A stretch of DNA of 60,954 nt from Eubacteriales bacterium (GCA_045541355.1 JAZQIW010000116.1:1-60954); one strand, 5' to 3'. Shown: positions 18,582 to 28,778, counted from the first letter of the stretch. The notes: generated by a model from the sequence alone, not told the origin. Translations and numbers: made by a program.

Positions 18582-20000
18582 TCAGTCTAAACGGTAAAGT
18601 GTTACCGAAAAGCAAAATGGCTTGGTGTTGTCGTTTTTGAATGGATCGGAACATATAACCGACGGAATAAGTATGGGAAGATTTCCTTTGCAAATAATCG
18701 GAAGGGTAAACCTGTCTTTCTCGGGAATACCTGCCGTTGAAAGCGGCCTCTTTAAGCTCTTGTGTATGCCGCCGTGCAGAATTTTATCTCCGTCTTTTCT
18801 GTTTCTGACCATAAGACTATCGGGTATTGTAGCAGAATACAAATAATCTGTAATTACCTTTTTGTAAATATTTTCATTATTTGAAAGTGTTTTCGGAATG
18901 TCTTCTTTTTGGTCAAAACTTATATACAAAGCATATGGAGAATTTTCAAAAAACATTTCTCCCTCAGCAAAATTCTTTTCAAAATAAAACCTTTCTTTTT
19001 TCTTTTTTCTCTCATCGGGAATGAAAGACAGCCTTCCGGCGTAAATGCTTGCACATAATCCGTCGGGGAAGGATACCCTGCAGCAAAGGCTTTTGTTATC
19101 CTTGTATTCGTAAATTTTTCTGCATAATGCATTTATGTGAGTCTGCTCGGGCATATATGAGCTTTTTTCGGAATAGTGCATAATGATTATGCGCGATAAA
19201 ATACACTTGTCAAGAAGACATAAGTCACCAAGCTTGTCGCTGAAGCTGTCTTTTGCGACTCTGTCAAGATATTCGTTTTCGTCTCTCAGAATACCGCAGC
19301 TTCTTTGGAGAGAGGTGTCAAATGACGGATTTATTTTCCTGATTTCGGGTAAAATTCTTGCCCTTATACAGTTTCTTGTGTAATCTGTGTCAAGATTTGT
19401 AGAGTCTGTGATAAAGCCTTGACCTCTCTCTTCTAAAAACGCCTCAATCTCGTCTCTTGAAACATAAATCAGGGGACGAATGATGAATAAGCCTCGGCTT
19501 TCCGCGCGCTTTGGAGGAATTCCGCAAAGACCTCTCGTTCCGCTGCCTCTGATAAGATTGAATAAAACCGTTTCGGCGTTGTCATTCTTGTTGTGGGCTG
19601 TTGCAATGTGAAAGATACCTTTTTCAAGGCAGATTTCCCTGAAAGCACCATACCTTTCATTTCTTGCAACCGTCTCAATCGACTCGGATTTTTCTCCCGC
19701 GATGCGCGGAATGTCAATTCTCCTTGAAATAAACTCAATGCCAAGCTTTTCACATAAATCCCTTGAAAACTGCTCGTCTCTGTCTGCTTCCTGTGCGCGA
19801 ATCATGTGGTTAATATGACAGGCATAAAGCTTAAAGCCGTACTTTTCCCTCAGGTCGTTAAGGACTGTGGTAAGGCAAACGGAATCTGCCCCGCCGGAAA
19901 GCCCGATAAGAATTTTTTCGCAGCCTTCAAAGAGGGAAAAATCGCTGTTTGCTCTTTGTATTTTTTCCAAAAGTGAAAAAGTTATGTTAGTGCTGTTCAT
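18582..20000 (-). CDS. tilS: tRNA(Ile)-lysidine synthetase
   Basis: PP-loop LSGGADS, HINHMIR, ARNERY, TAHNKNDNAET, DSTN..TDYTRN; ATG 20000 overlaps the end of dnaB. Confidence 0.93.
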   Translation of the reverse strand: MNSTNITFSLLEKIQRANSDFSLFEGCEKILIGLSGGADSVCLTTVLNDLREKYGFKLYACHINHMIRAQEADRDEQFSRDLCEKLGIEFISRRIDIPRIAGEKSESIETVARNERYGAFREICLEKGIFHIATAHNKNDNAETVLFNLIRGSGTRGLCGIPPKRAESRGLFIIRPLIYVSRDEIEAFLEERGQGFITDSTNLDTDYTRNCIRARILPEIRKINPSFDTSLQRSCGILRDENEYLDRVAKDSFSDKLGDLCLLDKCILSRIIIMHYSEKSSYMPEQTHINALCRKIYEYKDNKSLCCRVSFPDGLCASIYAGRLSFIPDERKKKKERFYFEKNFAEGEMFFENSPYALYISFDQKEDIPKTLSNNENIYKKVITDYLYSATIPDSLMVRNRKDGDKILHGGIHKSLKRPLSTAGIPEKDRFTLPIICKGNLPILIPSVICSDPFKNDNTKPFCFSVTLYRLD

Positions 20001-21333
20001 GTGAATTGTCAAGACTTGTGAATTTGGTGTACTGTCCGAACCAGCCAAGTGTCACCTTGCCTGTTGAGCCGTGTCTGTTTTTTGCGATAATACATTCGGC
20101 AATGTTTTGCTTTTCGGGATCGTTCTTGTAGTAGTCGTCTCTGTAAAGGAACATAACTGTATCGGCATCCTGCTCGATAGCACCCGAGTCACGAAGGTCT
20201 GAGAGCATAGGAGTTTTGTCGGTTCTCGACTCAGGACCTCTTGAAAGCTGTGCACAGGTGATAACGGGAACCTGCAGATCCTTTGCCATAAGCTTTAAGG
20301 CACGCGAAATATCGGCAACCTCCTGAACTCGGTTGTCATTTCTGCGGTCGGATTGCATAAGCTGAAGGTAGTCAATAACAACAAGCCCGAGGTTCTTTAC
20401 ACGTCTGAGCTTTGCCTTCATGCCGGTTACGGTAATGCCTGCCGTATCGTCTATGAGAATGTCTGTTTGAGAAAGAACGCCCGAGGCTCTTGCAAGCTTT
20501 ACCCAGTCGTCTTCGGAAAGGTCGCCCTTTCTCATTTTGTATGAGTCAATGAGTGCCTCGGAGGAGAGCATTCTTGAAACAAGCTGTTCGCAGGACATTT
20601 CAAGAGAAAAGACTGCAACAGCCTTTTTTGTCTTTAGTGCAACCTGAGATGCAATATTAAGACAAAAGCTTGTTTTACCCATACCGGGACGTGCACCGAC
20701 GAGAACAAGGTCGGAATTTCCCATGCCGACAAGAAGCTTGTCAATGTCAGGGAAAAACGTGGGAGTACCGAGAGCCGCCTCGCCGTTTTTTACAAGCTCG
20801 TCAAGATGCTTGTAGTTGGCAAGAATAACATCCTTGATATGTGAAAAGCCTTTTGTTTCGTTCTTGTCCGCAATGTCAAAAATAAGCTGCTCGGAACGGT
20901 CAAGAATGTCGGCGGTGTTTCCCTCGGCAGTATAAGCAAGCCTTGAAATTTCGCCTGCCGCTTCTATAAGACGGCGCAAAAGTGCCTTGTCCTTGATAAT
21001 CCTTAAATAATCGGGCAGATTTGCAATTGACGGAACAGACTGCGCCAGAAGCGCAACATAGCTTTTTCCGCCTGCATCGTCGTATGTGCCGCTTCGTACA
21101 AGCTCGTCAATAAGCGTTACAACGTCAATAGTGTTGTTGGAGAGGAACAGCTCACGCATAGCCTCGTAAATGCTCTTGTGCTGTTCGAGATAAAAATCCT
21201 CTGTGTGAATGACGTTTGCAACCTCTCTTATCTTGTCCGGATCCAGAATAATTGCACCCAGAACAGACTGCTCAGCCTCGAGCGAAAAGGGCATTTTGTT
21301 GAGATTTTCTTCTGTAAGAAAAAGATCAGCCAT
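19987..21333 (-). CDS. dnaB: Replicative DNA helicase
   Basis: EAEQSVLG, GARPGMGKT, FSLEMS, IDYLQLM, DLRDSGAIEQDAD, AKNRHG. Confidence 0.97.
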   Translation of the reverse strand: MADLFLTEENLNKMPFSLEAEQSVLGAIILDPDKIREVANVIHTEDFYLEQHKSIYEAMRELFLSNNTIDVVTLIDELVRSGTYDDAGGKSYVALLAQSVPSIANLPDYLRIIKDKALLRRLIEAAGEISRLAYTAEGNTADILDRSEQLIFDIADKNETKGFSHIKDVILANYKHLDELVKNGEAALGTPTFFPDIDKLLVGMGNSDLVLVGARPGMGKTSFCLNIASQVALKTKKAVAVFSLEMSCEQLVSRMLSSEALIDSYKMRKGDLSEDDWVKLARASGVLSQTDILIDDTAGITVTGMKAKLRRVKNLGLVVIDYLQLMQSDRRNDNRVQEVADISRALKLMAKDLQVPVITCAQLSRGPESRTDKTPMLSDLRDSGAIEQDADTVMFLYRDDYYKNDPEKQNIAECIIAKNRHGSTGKVTLGWFGQYTKFTSLDNSHEQH

Positions 21334-21342
21334 TTTACTTTA

Positions 21343-21792
21343 TCATTCCTTGCTTGCGATAAGCACGTTGAGCTTACCTGTAATTTCGGGATAGAGCTTA
21401 ACATCGACAACGTGTGTGCCGAAGGCCTTGAGGGGTTCTGAGAGATTAATCTTTCTCTTGTCAATTTCAATGGAGAACTGTGCTTCGAGAGCCTCTGCAA
21501 TTTCCTTTGAGGTAACCGAGCCGAAGAACTTGCCGCCTTCACCCGCAGACATATAGAGCTTTACAACAATGCTCTCAAATTTAGCCTTTGTGTCAAGAGC
21601 CGCCTGTCTTTCAAGCTCTTCTCTTCTTTTCTTAGCAGCCTCCTTGTTCTTTACATCGTTGAGAACTGCCGCATCAACCTCACAGGCAAGCTTTTTGGGG
21701 AAAAGGAAGTTTCTTGCATATCCGTCGGAAACATTTATAATTTCGCCCTTCTTGCCCTGACCTTTAACATCATTGAGTAATAATACCTTCAT
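21343..21792 (-). CDS. rplI: 50S ribosomal protein L9
   Basis: [32 protein letters not shown]; RBS AAAGGTGG before ATG 21792. Confidence 0.97.
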   Translation of the reverse strand: MKVLLLNDVKGQGKKGEIINVSDGYARNFLFPKKLACEVDAAVLNDVKNKEAAKKRREELERQAALDTKAKFESIVVKLYMSAGEGGKFFGSVTSKEIAEALEAQFSIEIDKRKINLSEPLKAFGTHVVDVKLYPEITGKLNVLIASKE

Positions 21793-21836
21793 TGTAAATA
21801 TACCACCTTTGTATGAATATTCTATTCTAATATAAA

Positions 21837-21865
21837 AGGATATCATATATTTGCCGTAAAGTCAA
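21837..21865 (-). promoter_or_regulatory. SigA-type promoter of rplI-dnaB-tilS-ftsH
   Basis: TTGACT-N17-TATCCT with extended -10 TG. Confidence 0.55.
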
Positions 21866-21906
21866 TGAAGGGAATAAATAATTTATGTAAATAATAAATA
21901 ACTCTA

Positions 21907-21935
21907 TTGATAAATTTGTTTTTTTCTGCTATAAT
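21907..21935 (+). promoter_or_regulatory. SigA-type promoter of uppP-ftsK
   Basis: TTGATA-N17-TATAAT with extended -10 TG. Confidence 0.7.
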
Positions 21936-21976
21936 GTACTATGTTAGAATAGTGAAATGATATAAAGGAGAAAAGT

Positions 21977-22828
21977 ATGCTATATTTAAAATCAATTTTG
22001 TACGGAATAGTACAGGGACTTACAGAATTTCTTCCCGTGTCAAGCTCGGGACACCTTGCAGCATTTCAGAACATTTTCGGGAAAATAGATGAAAGCCTTT
22101 CAAGTGTTACATATACCTTGCTTTTGCACGTGGGCACACTTGCTGCGGTGCTTGTGATGTACAGAAAAGATGTGCTTGAGTTGATTTTAAGCTTTTTCTC
22201 GGTGGTAAAGAAGCTGTTTTGCGGAAAGCTTAAGTTTAAGGAAATGACAGACGGCGAAAAAATGTTTTGCCTTTTGTTTCTTGCACTAATTCCCCTTGTT
22301 GTGGGAGCAGCTCTTGAAGGCACGGTGGAATTCCTTTCGGCATATACATGGTGTGTCGGTGTGCTTTGGATAATAAACGGACTGTTTTTCATATTCACGG
22401 AAAGATTGAACGTAAAAAAGAAGAGCTTTGATGAGATAAAGCCGCTTGATGCATTTATTGTCGGCTTTTTCCAGCTCTTTGCAATTCTTCCGGGTATTTC
22501 CCGTTCGGGAATGACAATAACAGGCGGCGTAATTAAGGGCTTTAACAGAGAATTTGCTGTAAAGTTCTCCTTCATTCTCTCAATACCCGCAATTTTAGGC
22601 TCTGTGGTAATTACACTTCTTAAGGATGCAGACAGCCTTGCTTTGGGCGGCTACGGAGGAGTGTTCTTTGCAGGCGTTGCGGCTTCCTTTGTTTCGGGAC
22701 TTGCGGCAATAAAGCTCCTTCAGTACATAACAACAAAGCATACCTTTAAGAGCTTTGCATACTATTGCATCGCAGCAGGTGTATTTGCAATAGCATTTGA
22801 TGCAGTAAAAATGATAATCGGAGGTTAA
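21977..22828 (+). CDS. uppP: Undecaprenyl-diphosphate phosphatase (BacA)
   Basis: GIVQGLTEFLPVSSSGHL and LPGISRSGMT motifs; multi-TM. Confidence 0.95.
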   Translation: MLYLKSILYGIVQGLTEFLPVSSSGHLAAFQNIFGKIDESLSSVTYTLLLHVGTLAAVLVMYRKDVLELILSFFSVVKKLFCGKLKFKEMTDGEKMFCLLFLALIPLVVGAALEGTVEFLSAYTWCVGVLWIINGLFFIFTERLNVKKKSFDEIKPLDAFIVGFFQLFAILPGISRSGMTITGGVIKGFNREFAVKFSFILSIPAILGSVVITLLKDADSLALGGYGGVFFAGVAASFVSGLAAIKLLQYITTKHTFKSFAYYCIAAGVFAIAFDAVKMIIGG

Positions 22829-22832
22829 TACC

Positions 22833-25571
22833 TTGGCAACAAAAAAGACGGCAAAAAGTAAAGGCGCGGGCAAGAAGCCTGTGCGCCAGCTCGAATTGAA
22901 TGAAAACGCAAAGGTGCGTCGTCACATAAAGGAATTGAAACGCCAGCAAAACAGAGAGAATACCATGATGTATCATATCATGCCTGCCGTTCTTCTTGTT
23001 TGTGCACTGTTTCTTGCACTGTGCCTTGCAGTACCCGACGGAATGGGCATACTTAAATACATAGGCGTGCTTTTCTCGGGACTTGTAGGAAAGGTTGCTG
23101 TGTGGTTGTTGCCTATATGCATGGCAATACAGGCGTTTTTGTGGAAAAAGGATTATATAGCATATAGAATAACCCTTAAATGTGTTGTTGCGGCAGTTTT
23201 TGTCATAAGCGTATCTACCGTGCATCAGCTGTGGCTTATATCGGAGGGTGCCGTTGTAAAGCCCAATCCCTTCGACCTGTTTACCATGGCACAAAGCCTT
23301 GACTCGGCAGGTATCTGCGGAGGACTTTTCGGCGTTCTCTTAAAAAGTATTGCAGGAACTGTCGGTTCATGGATAATAATTGTACTTTTGCTTGTTGTCT
23401 CGGCATTTGCCGTGTTTGATATAACACCATGGGATATGGCGGTGTTTGTTGTCAACAAGATACGTGAAAAGGTTTATAATATTAATCTTGAAAGACAGGA
23501 AAGACTCGAGGAAAGCCTGAAGGAACAGAATACGGCAAAGAAAAAGCTCATTTCCGAGGCTAAGGAAAAGAGCGAGCAGGATAAAGCTCAGGACGGGCTT
23601 GATATGAGAAAGAGACGAGCCTTTCTTGAGGATGCGGGAAAGGATAGCGGCTATGACGATGAAAATGCTTTGCCGCCGGAAGAAATAACTCCCGAGCTTT
23701 CAACCGATAATACGGATATTTCCTACGAGGCTCAGAACGATGCATCGGAGAGGTCAGAAAATGAAGAACAGATAGTAGATATCAATGCCTTTGACGAGGT
23801 TGTGAATAGCCGTATGCAGACAGTAAAGGATGCACCCGAGAGTGAGTTTGCCTGGGCAGCCAATAATATACCCGAAACGGCAGAGGGCGATATTTCTGAC
23901 ATTTTTACAGATGATGCGTCCATTGCCATTGCGGGAACACAGGCGGCAGCAGGGGTGCTTAGCGGCGAGAAGGCAGACCTGTCACAGCGAAAGGCAGAAG
24001 GGGCAGGAGAGCTTGACAGTATAAATGATAAGGTTCCCGTAGAGCCGGAGCCTACCGTTGAAGAGGTGTATAACTTCCCGCCCATTAACTTCCTTAAAAC
24101 CGATCCCAACCCTCTTACCTTTGCGGTAACGGATGAGCTTAAGCAGACAAGTATTAAGCTTGTTGAAACCCTTAAAAACTTCGGGGTAAAAACAAGAATA
24201 ATGAATATCTGCTGCGGTCCGACGGTTACAAGATATGAGCTTCAGCCTGAGGTCGGAGTAAGAGTTCGTTCTATTGCAAATCTTTCCGATGATATTGCCC
24301 TTCATCTTGCGGCGGCAGGCGTCAGAATAGAAGCACCAATTCCGGGTAAGGACGCGGTGGGTATTGAAATACCCAACAAAACCGTATCTACCGTATATCT
24401 CAGAAATCTTATCGAAAGCAGCGACTTTGAAAACCAGAAGAGCAAGATAACCGTTTGTCTCGGCATGGACGTTGCAGGCAGTCCCATATATATGAATATT
24501 GCCAAAATGCCCCATATGCTTATAGCAGGTGCTACGGGTATGGGTAAATCTGTATGTATAAACAGCTTTATCGTAAGTATGCTGTATAAGGCAAGACCCG
24601 ATGAAGTAAAGCTTATTCTTATTGACCCGAAAAAGGTAGAGCTTAGTATTTATAACGGACTTCCGCATCTTCTTGTTCCTGTTGTGAGCGATCCCAAAAA
24701 GGCGGCAGGCTCGCTTTCATGGGCAGTAAATGAAATGGAACGCCGTTTCCTTCTCATAGAAGAGGTTGGCGTTCGCGATATAGATACATATAACGAAGTG
24801 ACAAAGGATGATCCCGAAAAGGAATATATGCCTAAGATTGTCATTATTATAGATGAGCTTGCAGACCTTATGATGACGGCACGTGACGAGGTAGAAACCT
24901 CAATCTGCCGACTTGCACAGAAGGCAAGAGCTGCGGGTATGCACCTTGTAATCGGCACCCAGAGACCGTCGGTTGACGTAATTACAGGTCTTATTAAGGC
25001 AAATGTTCCCTCGCGTATAGCCTTTACGGTTGCTTCACAGGTTGACTCAAGAACAATCATTGACGTGTCGGGTGCAGAAAAGCTTCTCGGTCGAGGCGAT
25101 ATGCTGTATGCTCCTGTCGGAAGCATGAAGCCGATGAGAGTACAGGGCTCGTTTGTAAGCGAAAAGGAAATTGAAAACATAGTAGAGTTCTTAAAGAACG
25201 GTAAGAAGTATGAATACGATGCCGACATTATTGAAAGCATCGAAAGAGAGGCTGCAAAATGCGGCGAAAAGAAGAAGGGTAAGGGTGCTGACTCCGACGG
25301 CTTTGACGATGCCGAGGATAAAGACAGCATAATGAACAGCGACGATGCCATTCTACCTGCAATTGAGATTGCGGTGGATTCAGGCTCTGTTTCAACCTCC
25401 CTTCTCCAAAGACGCCTGAGTCTCGGATATGCAAGGGCGGCGAGAATTGTTGATAAGCTTGAAAAGCTTGGAGTGGTAGGCCCCTTTGAAGGCTCAAAAC
25501 CGAGAAAGGTGCTTATAACACGAGAAGAATACCTCGAAATGCGAATGAACTATGAGGGAAGAGATGAGTAA
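22833..25571 (+). CDS. ftsK: DNA translocase FtsK/SpoIIIE
   Basis: N-terminal TMs, PHMLIAGATGMGKS, IIIDELADL, TQRPSVDV, gamma domain STSLLQRRLSLGYARAAR; TTG start after GGAGG. Confidence 0.96.
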   Translation: MATKKTAKSKGAGKKPVRQLELNENAKVRRHIKELKRQQNRENTMMYHIMPAVLLVCALFLALCLAVPDGMGILKYIGVLFSGLVGKVAVWLLPICMAIQAFLWKKDYIAYRITLKCVVAAVFVISVSTVHQLWLISEGAVVKPNPFDLFTMAQSLDSAGICGGLFGVLLKSIAGTVGSWIIIVLLLVVSAFAVFDITPWDMAVFVVNKIREKVYNINLERQERLEESLKEQNTAKKKLISEAKEKSEQDKAQDGLDMRKRRAFLEDAGKDSGYDDENALPPEEITPELSTDNTDISYEAQNDASERSENEEQIVDINAFDEVVNSRMQTVKDAPESEFAWAANNIPETAEGDISDIFTDDASIAIAGTQAAAGVLSGEKADLSQRKAEGAGELDSINDKVPVEPEPTVEEVYNFPPINFLKTDPNPLTFAVTDELKQTSIKLVETLKNFGVKTRIMNICCGPTVTRYELQPEVGVRVRSIANLSDDIALHLAAAGVRIEAPIPGKDAVGIEIPNKTVSTVYLRNLIESSDFENQKSKITVCLGMDVAGSPIYMNIAKMPHMLIAGATGMGKSVCINSFIVSMLYKARPDEVKLILIDPKKVELSIYNGLPHLLVPVVSDPKKAAGSLSWAVNEMERRFLLIEEVGVRDIDTYNEVTKDDPEKEYMPKIVIIIDELADLMMTARDEVETSICRLAQKARAAGMHLVIGTQRPSVDVITGLIKANVPSRIAFTVASQVDSRTIIDVSGAEKLLGRGDMLYAPVGSMKPMRVQGSFVSEKEIENIVEFLKNGKKYEYDADIIESIEREAAKCGEKKKGKGADSDGFDDAEDKDSIMNSDDAILPAIEIAVDSGSVSTSLLQRRLSLGYARAARIVDKLEKLGVVGPFEGSKPRKVLITREEYLEMRMNYEGRDE

Positions 25572-26490
25572 ACGGGATAAGAAAAAGCTTTTCATGCTTG
25601 TTCTGATTCTTTTGCTCGGACTTTTAAGCTTTCTTAATGAACGGTATGACCTTGAGGGAGTGCTGTCGGGAAACAAAAACAGTGTCGTACAGAATTCCGA
25701 CGGCAAAACAGCCGATGAGGAAATGTACTATGTTCATTTTATTGACGTGGGACAGGGTGACAGTACCCTTTTTGAAACATCGGAAGGAAAGTATGTGCTT
25801 GTCGATGCCTCGACGGGAGCTGCTGAAATAAAGCTTGTTTCTTACCTTCGCAATGAGGGCGTAGAACAACTTGAATACGTCATATTTACCCATCCCCATG
25901 AGGATCATATTGGCGGCGGCGATGCGGTGCTTGAAAGCTTTGAAGTGAAAAACGTGTATATGACCGACAGGACAGAGAACACCTCAGCCTTTGAAAGACT
26001 TGTTGATGCTTTGTATGAAAGCGTAGAACAAAAGGGCACAAAGGTAATGCAGCCTTATGTGGGAGAAACCTTTAGTGTAGATAAGATGGAATTTACCGTG
26101 CTTTCCGACGGCAGAGGCTATGAAGACCTCAATGATGCAAGTATTTGTATTAAGGCAGCTTACGGAGAAAGCGGAATCGTCATTACGGGCGATGCGGGAG
26201 CAGAGGTTGAAAGAAAAATATTGGAGTGCGGCTTTGATGTTGAAGCAGAGATAATGAAGCTCGGACATCATGGCTCAAGCTCATCCAACAGCGATGCGTT
26301 CCTTGATGCCGTGCAGCCCGAAGCTGTAATTGCAAGCTGTGAAAAGGATAACGATTACGGACATCCTCATGTAGAGGTAAGACGTGCGGCGGATAAAAGA
26401 AACATTCCTCTTTACAGAACAGACCTTGACGGTGATGTAGTGTTTGCTTTTGACAGGGAGAGCATTATTCTGCCGAGCTTTGAGGATTAG
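25564..26490 (+). CDS. ComEC/Rec2-like metallo-beta-lactamase-fold hydrolase with N-terminal anchor
   Basis: HFIDVGQGDS, THPHEDHIGG, TGDA, KLGHHGS, YGHPH, YRTD. Confidence 0.88.
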   Translation: MSKRDKKKLFMLVLILLLGLLSFLNERYDLEGVLSGNKNSVVQNSDGKTADEEMYYVHFIDVGQGDSTLFETSEGKYVLVDASTGAAEIKLVSYLRNEGVEQLEYVIFTHPHEDHIGGGDAVLESFEVKNVYMTDRTENTSAFERLVDALYESVEQKGTKVMQPYVGETFSVDKMEFTVLSDGRGYEDLNDASICIKAAYGESGIVITGDAGAEVERKILECGFDVEAEIMKLGHHGSSSSNSDAFLDAVQPEAVIASCEKDNDYGHPHVEVRRAADKRNIPLYRTDLDGDVVFAFDRESIILPSFED

Positions 26491-27568
26491 CGGCGGCTTT
26501 GTAAAGCCTGAAGGAACCGAGCTTTGCTCCGTTGCTTGAGTATTCCGTAAATGACTGTTCTTTGTTAAGATTTATCAGATAGGTCAGAGAAAAGTTATCC
26601 TTGCCGCTGTATGTAAGGAAAATGTCGTCATTGGTGTAATACTCGTCAAATCCGTGGTATATTATAAAGGACTCGGAATCGGCAATTTCGCATATATCAA
26701 AGTTTTCTTTGGCAAAGGAGTGCATATCCTTGTGGCTTTGCCAGTCGAGAGGGTCAGAAAGCGTGACGGCAATGTATTCTTCATTGCCGTTTTTTGATGA
26801 AGTAACAAGACATCTTCCTGCTTTCGAGGTGTAGCCTGTTTTTACACCGAAAGAACCGTCGTATAACCTTAAAAATCTGTTGTGGTTCGAGAAAAACCTG
26901 GGATTTTTCCCTTTGGTAGTGTAGTTTTTTGTTCCCACAATGCTTCGGAAAAGTTCGTTTTTAAGAGCCTCTTTTGTTATTACCGAAAGCTCGTAGGCAG
27001 TCGTGTAGTGACTGTCGCTGTCAAGTCCGTGCGGATTGTCAAAATGGGTGCTAATAAGCCCAAGAGAGTGACAACGGCTGTTCATGTATTTGACGCATTC
27101 CTCAACCGTACCGAAAACCCCTTCGGCAAGTGCTGTTGCCGCATCGTTTCCTGACTCAAGTAAGAGTCCGTACAACAAATCAAGCACGCTTATTTTTTCT
27201 CCTCTTTTCAGATATATTGATGAGCCCTCGGTGCTTGCGGCATTTTCGGAAACCTCAATTATTGTGTCGGGCTCAGCACATTCAATGACACACAAAGCCG
27301 TCATGATTTTTGTGGTGCTTGCCATGGGAAGAGGCGTGTGGGCATTCTTTTCAAAGAGAACTGCACCGCTTTTTGCATCTGTAATAATGGCGGCAGAGGC
27401 ACTCTGACAAAGAGAGCTGTTGTAGGATATGGTGTTGATAATGGGTGTTGTAATTGATGCGGGGATTTCATTCTTTTGCACTGTTGGGGAGAAGAATATA
27501 AGAACGGCGCAAACGGTGATAAATAAAAAATTCATGTAAAAAATATATTTAAAGGATTGTCGTTTCAT
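26465..27568 (-). CDS. dacB: D-alanyl-D-alanine carboxypeptidase (peptidase S11), probably the sporulation DacB type
   Basis: ASTTK (SxxK), SGN, NPHGLD, KTG; SigE-like promoter upstream. Confidence 0.8.
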   Translation of the reverse strand: MKRQSFKYIFYMNFLFITVCAVLIFFSPTVQKNEIPASITTPIINTISYNSSLCQSASAAIITDAKSGAVLFEKNAHTPLPMASTTKIMTALCVIECAEPDTIIEVSENAASTEGSSIYLKRGEKISVLDLLYGLLLESGNDAATALAEGVFGTVEECVKYMNSRCHSLGLISTHFDNPHGLDSDSHYTTAYELSVITKEALKNELFRSIVGTKNYTTKGKNPRFFSNHNRFLRLYDGSFGVKTGYTSKAGRCLVTSSKNGNEEYIAVTLSDPLDWQSHKDMHSFAKENFDICEIADSESFIIYHGFDEYYTNDDIFLTYSGKDNFSLTYLINLNKEQSFTEYSSNGAKLGSFRLYKAAANPQSSAE

Positions 27569-27606
27569 AAAATGCCTCCAAATTCTTCATGGATTGTTTT
27601 CTCTAT

Positions 27607-27635
27607 ATAGTATGTTTGCAGGCAGAATAATATGA
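27607..27635 (-). promoter_or_regulatory. Sporulation SigE-type promoter
   Basis: TCATATT-N14-CATACTAT on the minus strand, upstream of the DD-carboxypeptidase. Confidence 0.7.
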
Positions 27636-27648
27636 AACCCAAAAGGAA

Positions 27649-28464
27649 GTGAAAGATATGGAATATAGCTTTAATACGCGTAGAATCCTCAGCTATCTAA
27701 GACGTGCCGTGGATGATTATAATATGATAGAGGATGGAGACAGAATAGCTGTCGGACTTTCGGGAGGAAAGGATTCGGTGGCACTTGTCTGCGCTATGGC
27801 AAACCTTAAAATATTCTATCCGAAGAAGTTTGACATTGAGGTTATAACCATGGATCCCGGCTTTTATAAGGCAGGCTTTGGAGATGAACAGGAAATTAAA
27901 AAGGGTTTTTTTGCACTTGAAGAGCTTTGCCGCCAGCTTGATGTAAATTTTACCCTTTTTGAAACCGACATAGCAAAGATAATATTTGATATCCGTAAGG
28001 AAAAGAACCCCTGCTCGCTTTGTGCAAGAATGCGCCGCGGTGCACTTCATACCCACGCAAAGGAGCTTGGATGTAATAAAATAGCCTTAGGGCATCACTT
28101 TGACGATGCTGTTGAAACCTTTATGATGAACCTTTTCAATGAGGGAAGAATAGGCTGCTTTTCACCCGTAACATATCTTGACAGAATGGATATAACACTT
28201 TTGAGACCGCTTGTTTATACTCCCGAAAAGGATATTCGGTATTTTATAAATCACTCGGATTTGCCGATAATAAAAAGTCCTTGCCCTGCCGATAAAAGCT
28301 CTGACAGAGAGAATATGAAACAACTTCTTGCAAAGCTTGATAAGGAAAATAAAGGTATAAAATACCGCATTTTCGGCGCAATGCAAAGGGCAGGGGTTGA
28401 CGGATATAAGGAAGGCTTTGGCTTTAAGCAATTTGAAGACGATAACGCAAAGGACAATTCTTGA
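27649..28464 (+). CDS. ttcA: TtcA/TtuA-family PP-loop tRNA thiolation protein
   Basis: LSGGKDS, PCSLCARMRRG, LGHHFDD, LRPL, SPCP; start may be ATG 27658. Confidence 0.85.
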   Translation: MKDMEYSFNTRRILSYLRRAVDDYNMIEDGDRIAVGLSGGKDSVALVCAMANLKIFYPKKFDIEVITMDPGFYKAGFGDEQEIKKGFFALEELCRQLDVNFTLFETDIAKIIFDIRKEKNPCSLCARMRRGALHTHAKELGCNKIALGHHFDDAVETFMMNLFNEGRIGCFSPVTYLDRMDITLLRPLVYTPEKDIRYFINHSDLPIIKSPCPADKSSDRENMKQLLAKLDKENKGIKYRIFGAMQRAGVDGYKEGFGFKQFEDDNAKDNS

Positions 28465-28524
28465 TTTGCCCTTGCTTTAATGCCGTAATGCTGAATGGCT
28501 TATCTGTGTATTCTGCAAAAATAA

Positions 28525-28553
28525 GAATAAATTTTTCATGCTTTGCATATACT
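28525..28553 (+). promoter_or_regulatory. Sporulation-sigma-type (SigE or SigF/G) promoter
   Basis: GAATAAA-N14-CATATACT upstream of the small Cys-rich ORF. Confidence 0.5.
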
Positions 28554-28585
28554 TAACTCAGGAGCAAAGTCAGGAGGAGTTTATT

Positions 28586-28762
28586 TTGTCGGATAATAAA
28601 AAAACGTGTGCAGAGAAGGTTGAAAGATACTGTCATGTGATTGGCAGAAACAGAACAATAATCAGATATTTTGACGGTAGTAATTGCTTTGAATGTGCCA
28701 ATAGACAAGAGTGCGAAAAAAACGGCGGATGTAAAAATGAAGCAAATAAAAAGGAAGGCTGA
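28586..28762 (+). CDS. 58-aa cysteine-rich hypothetical protein
   Basis: Strong RBS AGGAGGAG 6 nt before TTG 28586; six Cys (TC, YCH, CFEC, EC, GC); fills the ttcA-purF gap. Confidence 0.65.
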   Translation: MSDNKKTCAEKVERYCHVIGRNRTIIRYFDGSNCFECANRQECEKNGGCKNEANKKEG

Positions 28763-28778
28763 TGCCTTCCTGTTTTTA

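Noticed and set aside
21866-21893. dif-like site (TTATGTAAATA half-site) near ftsK
   Set aside because: The left arm does not match the XerC/CodV consensus, and the sequence is AT-rich promoter DNA.
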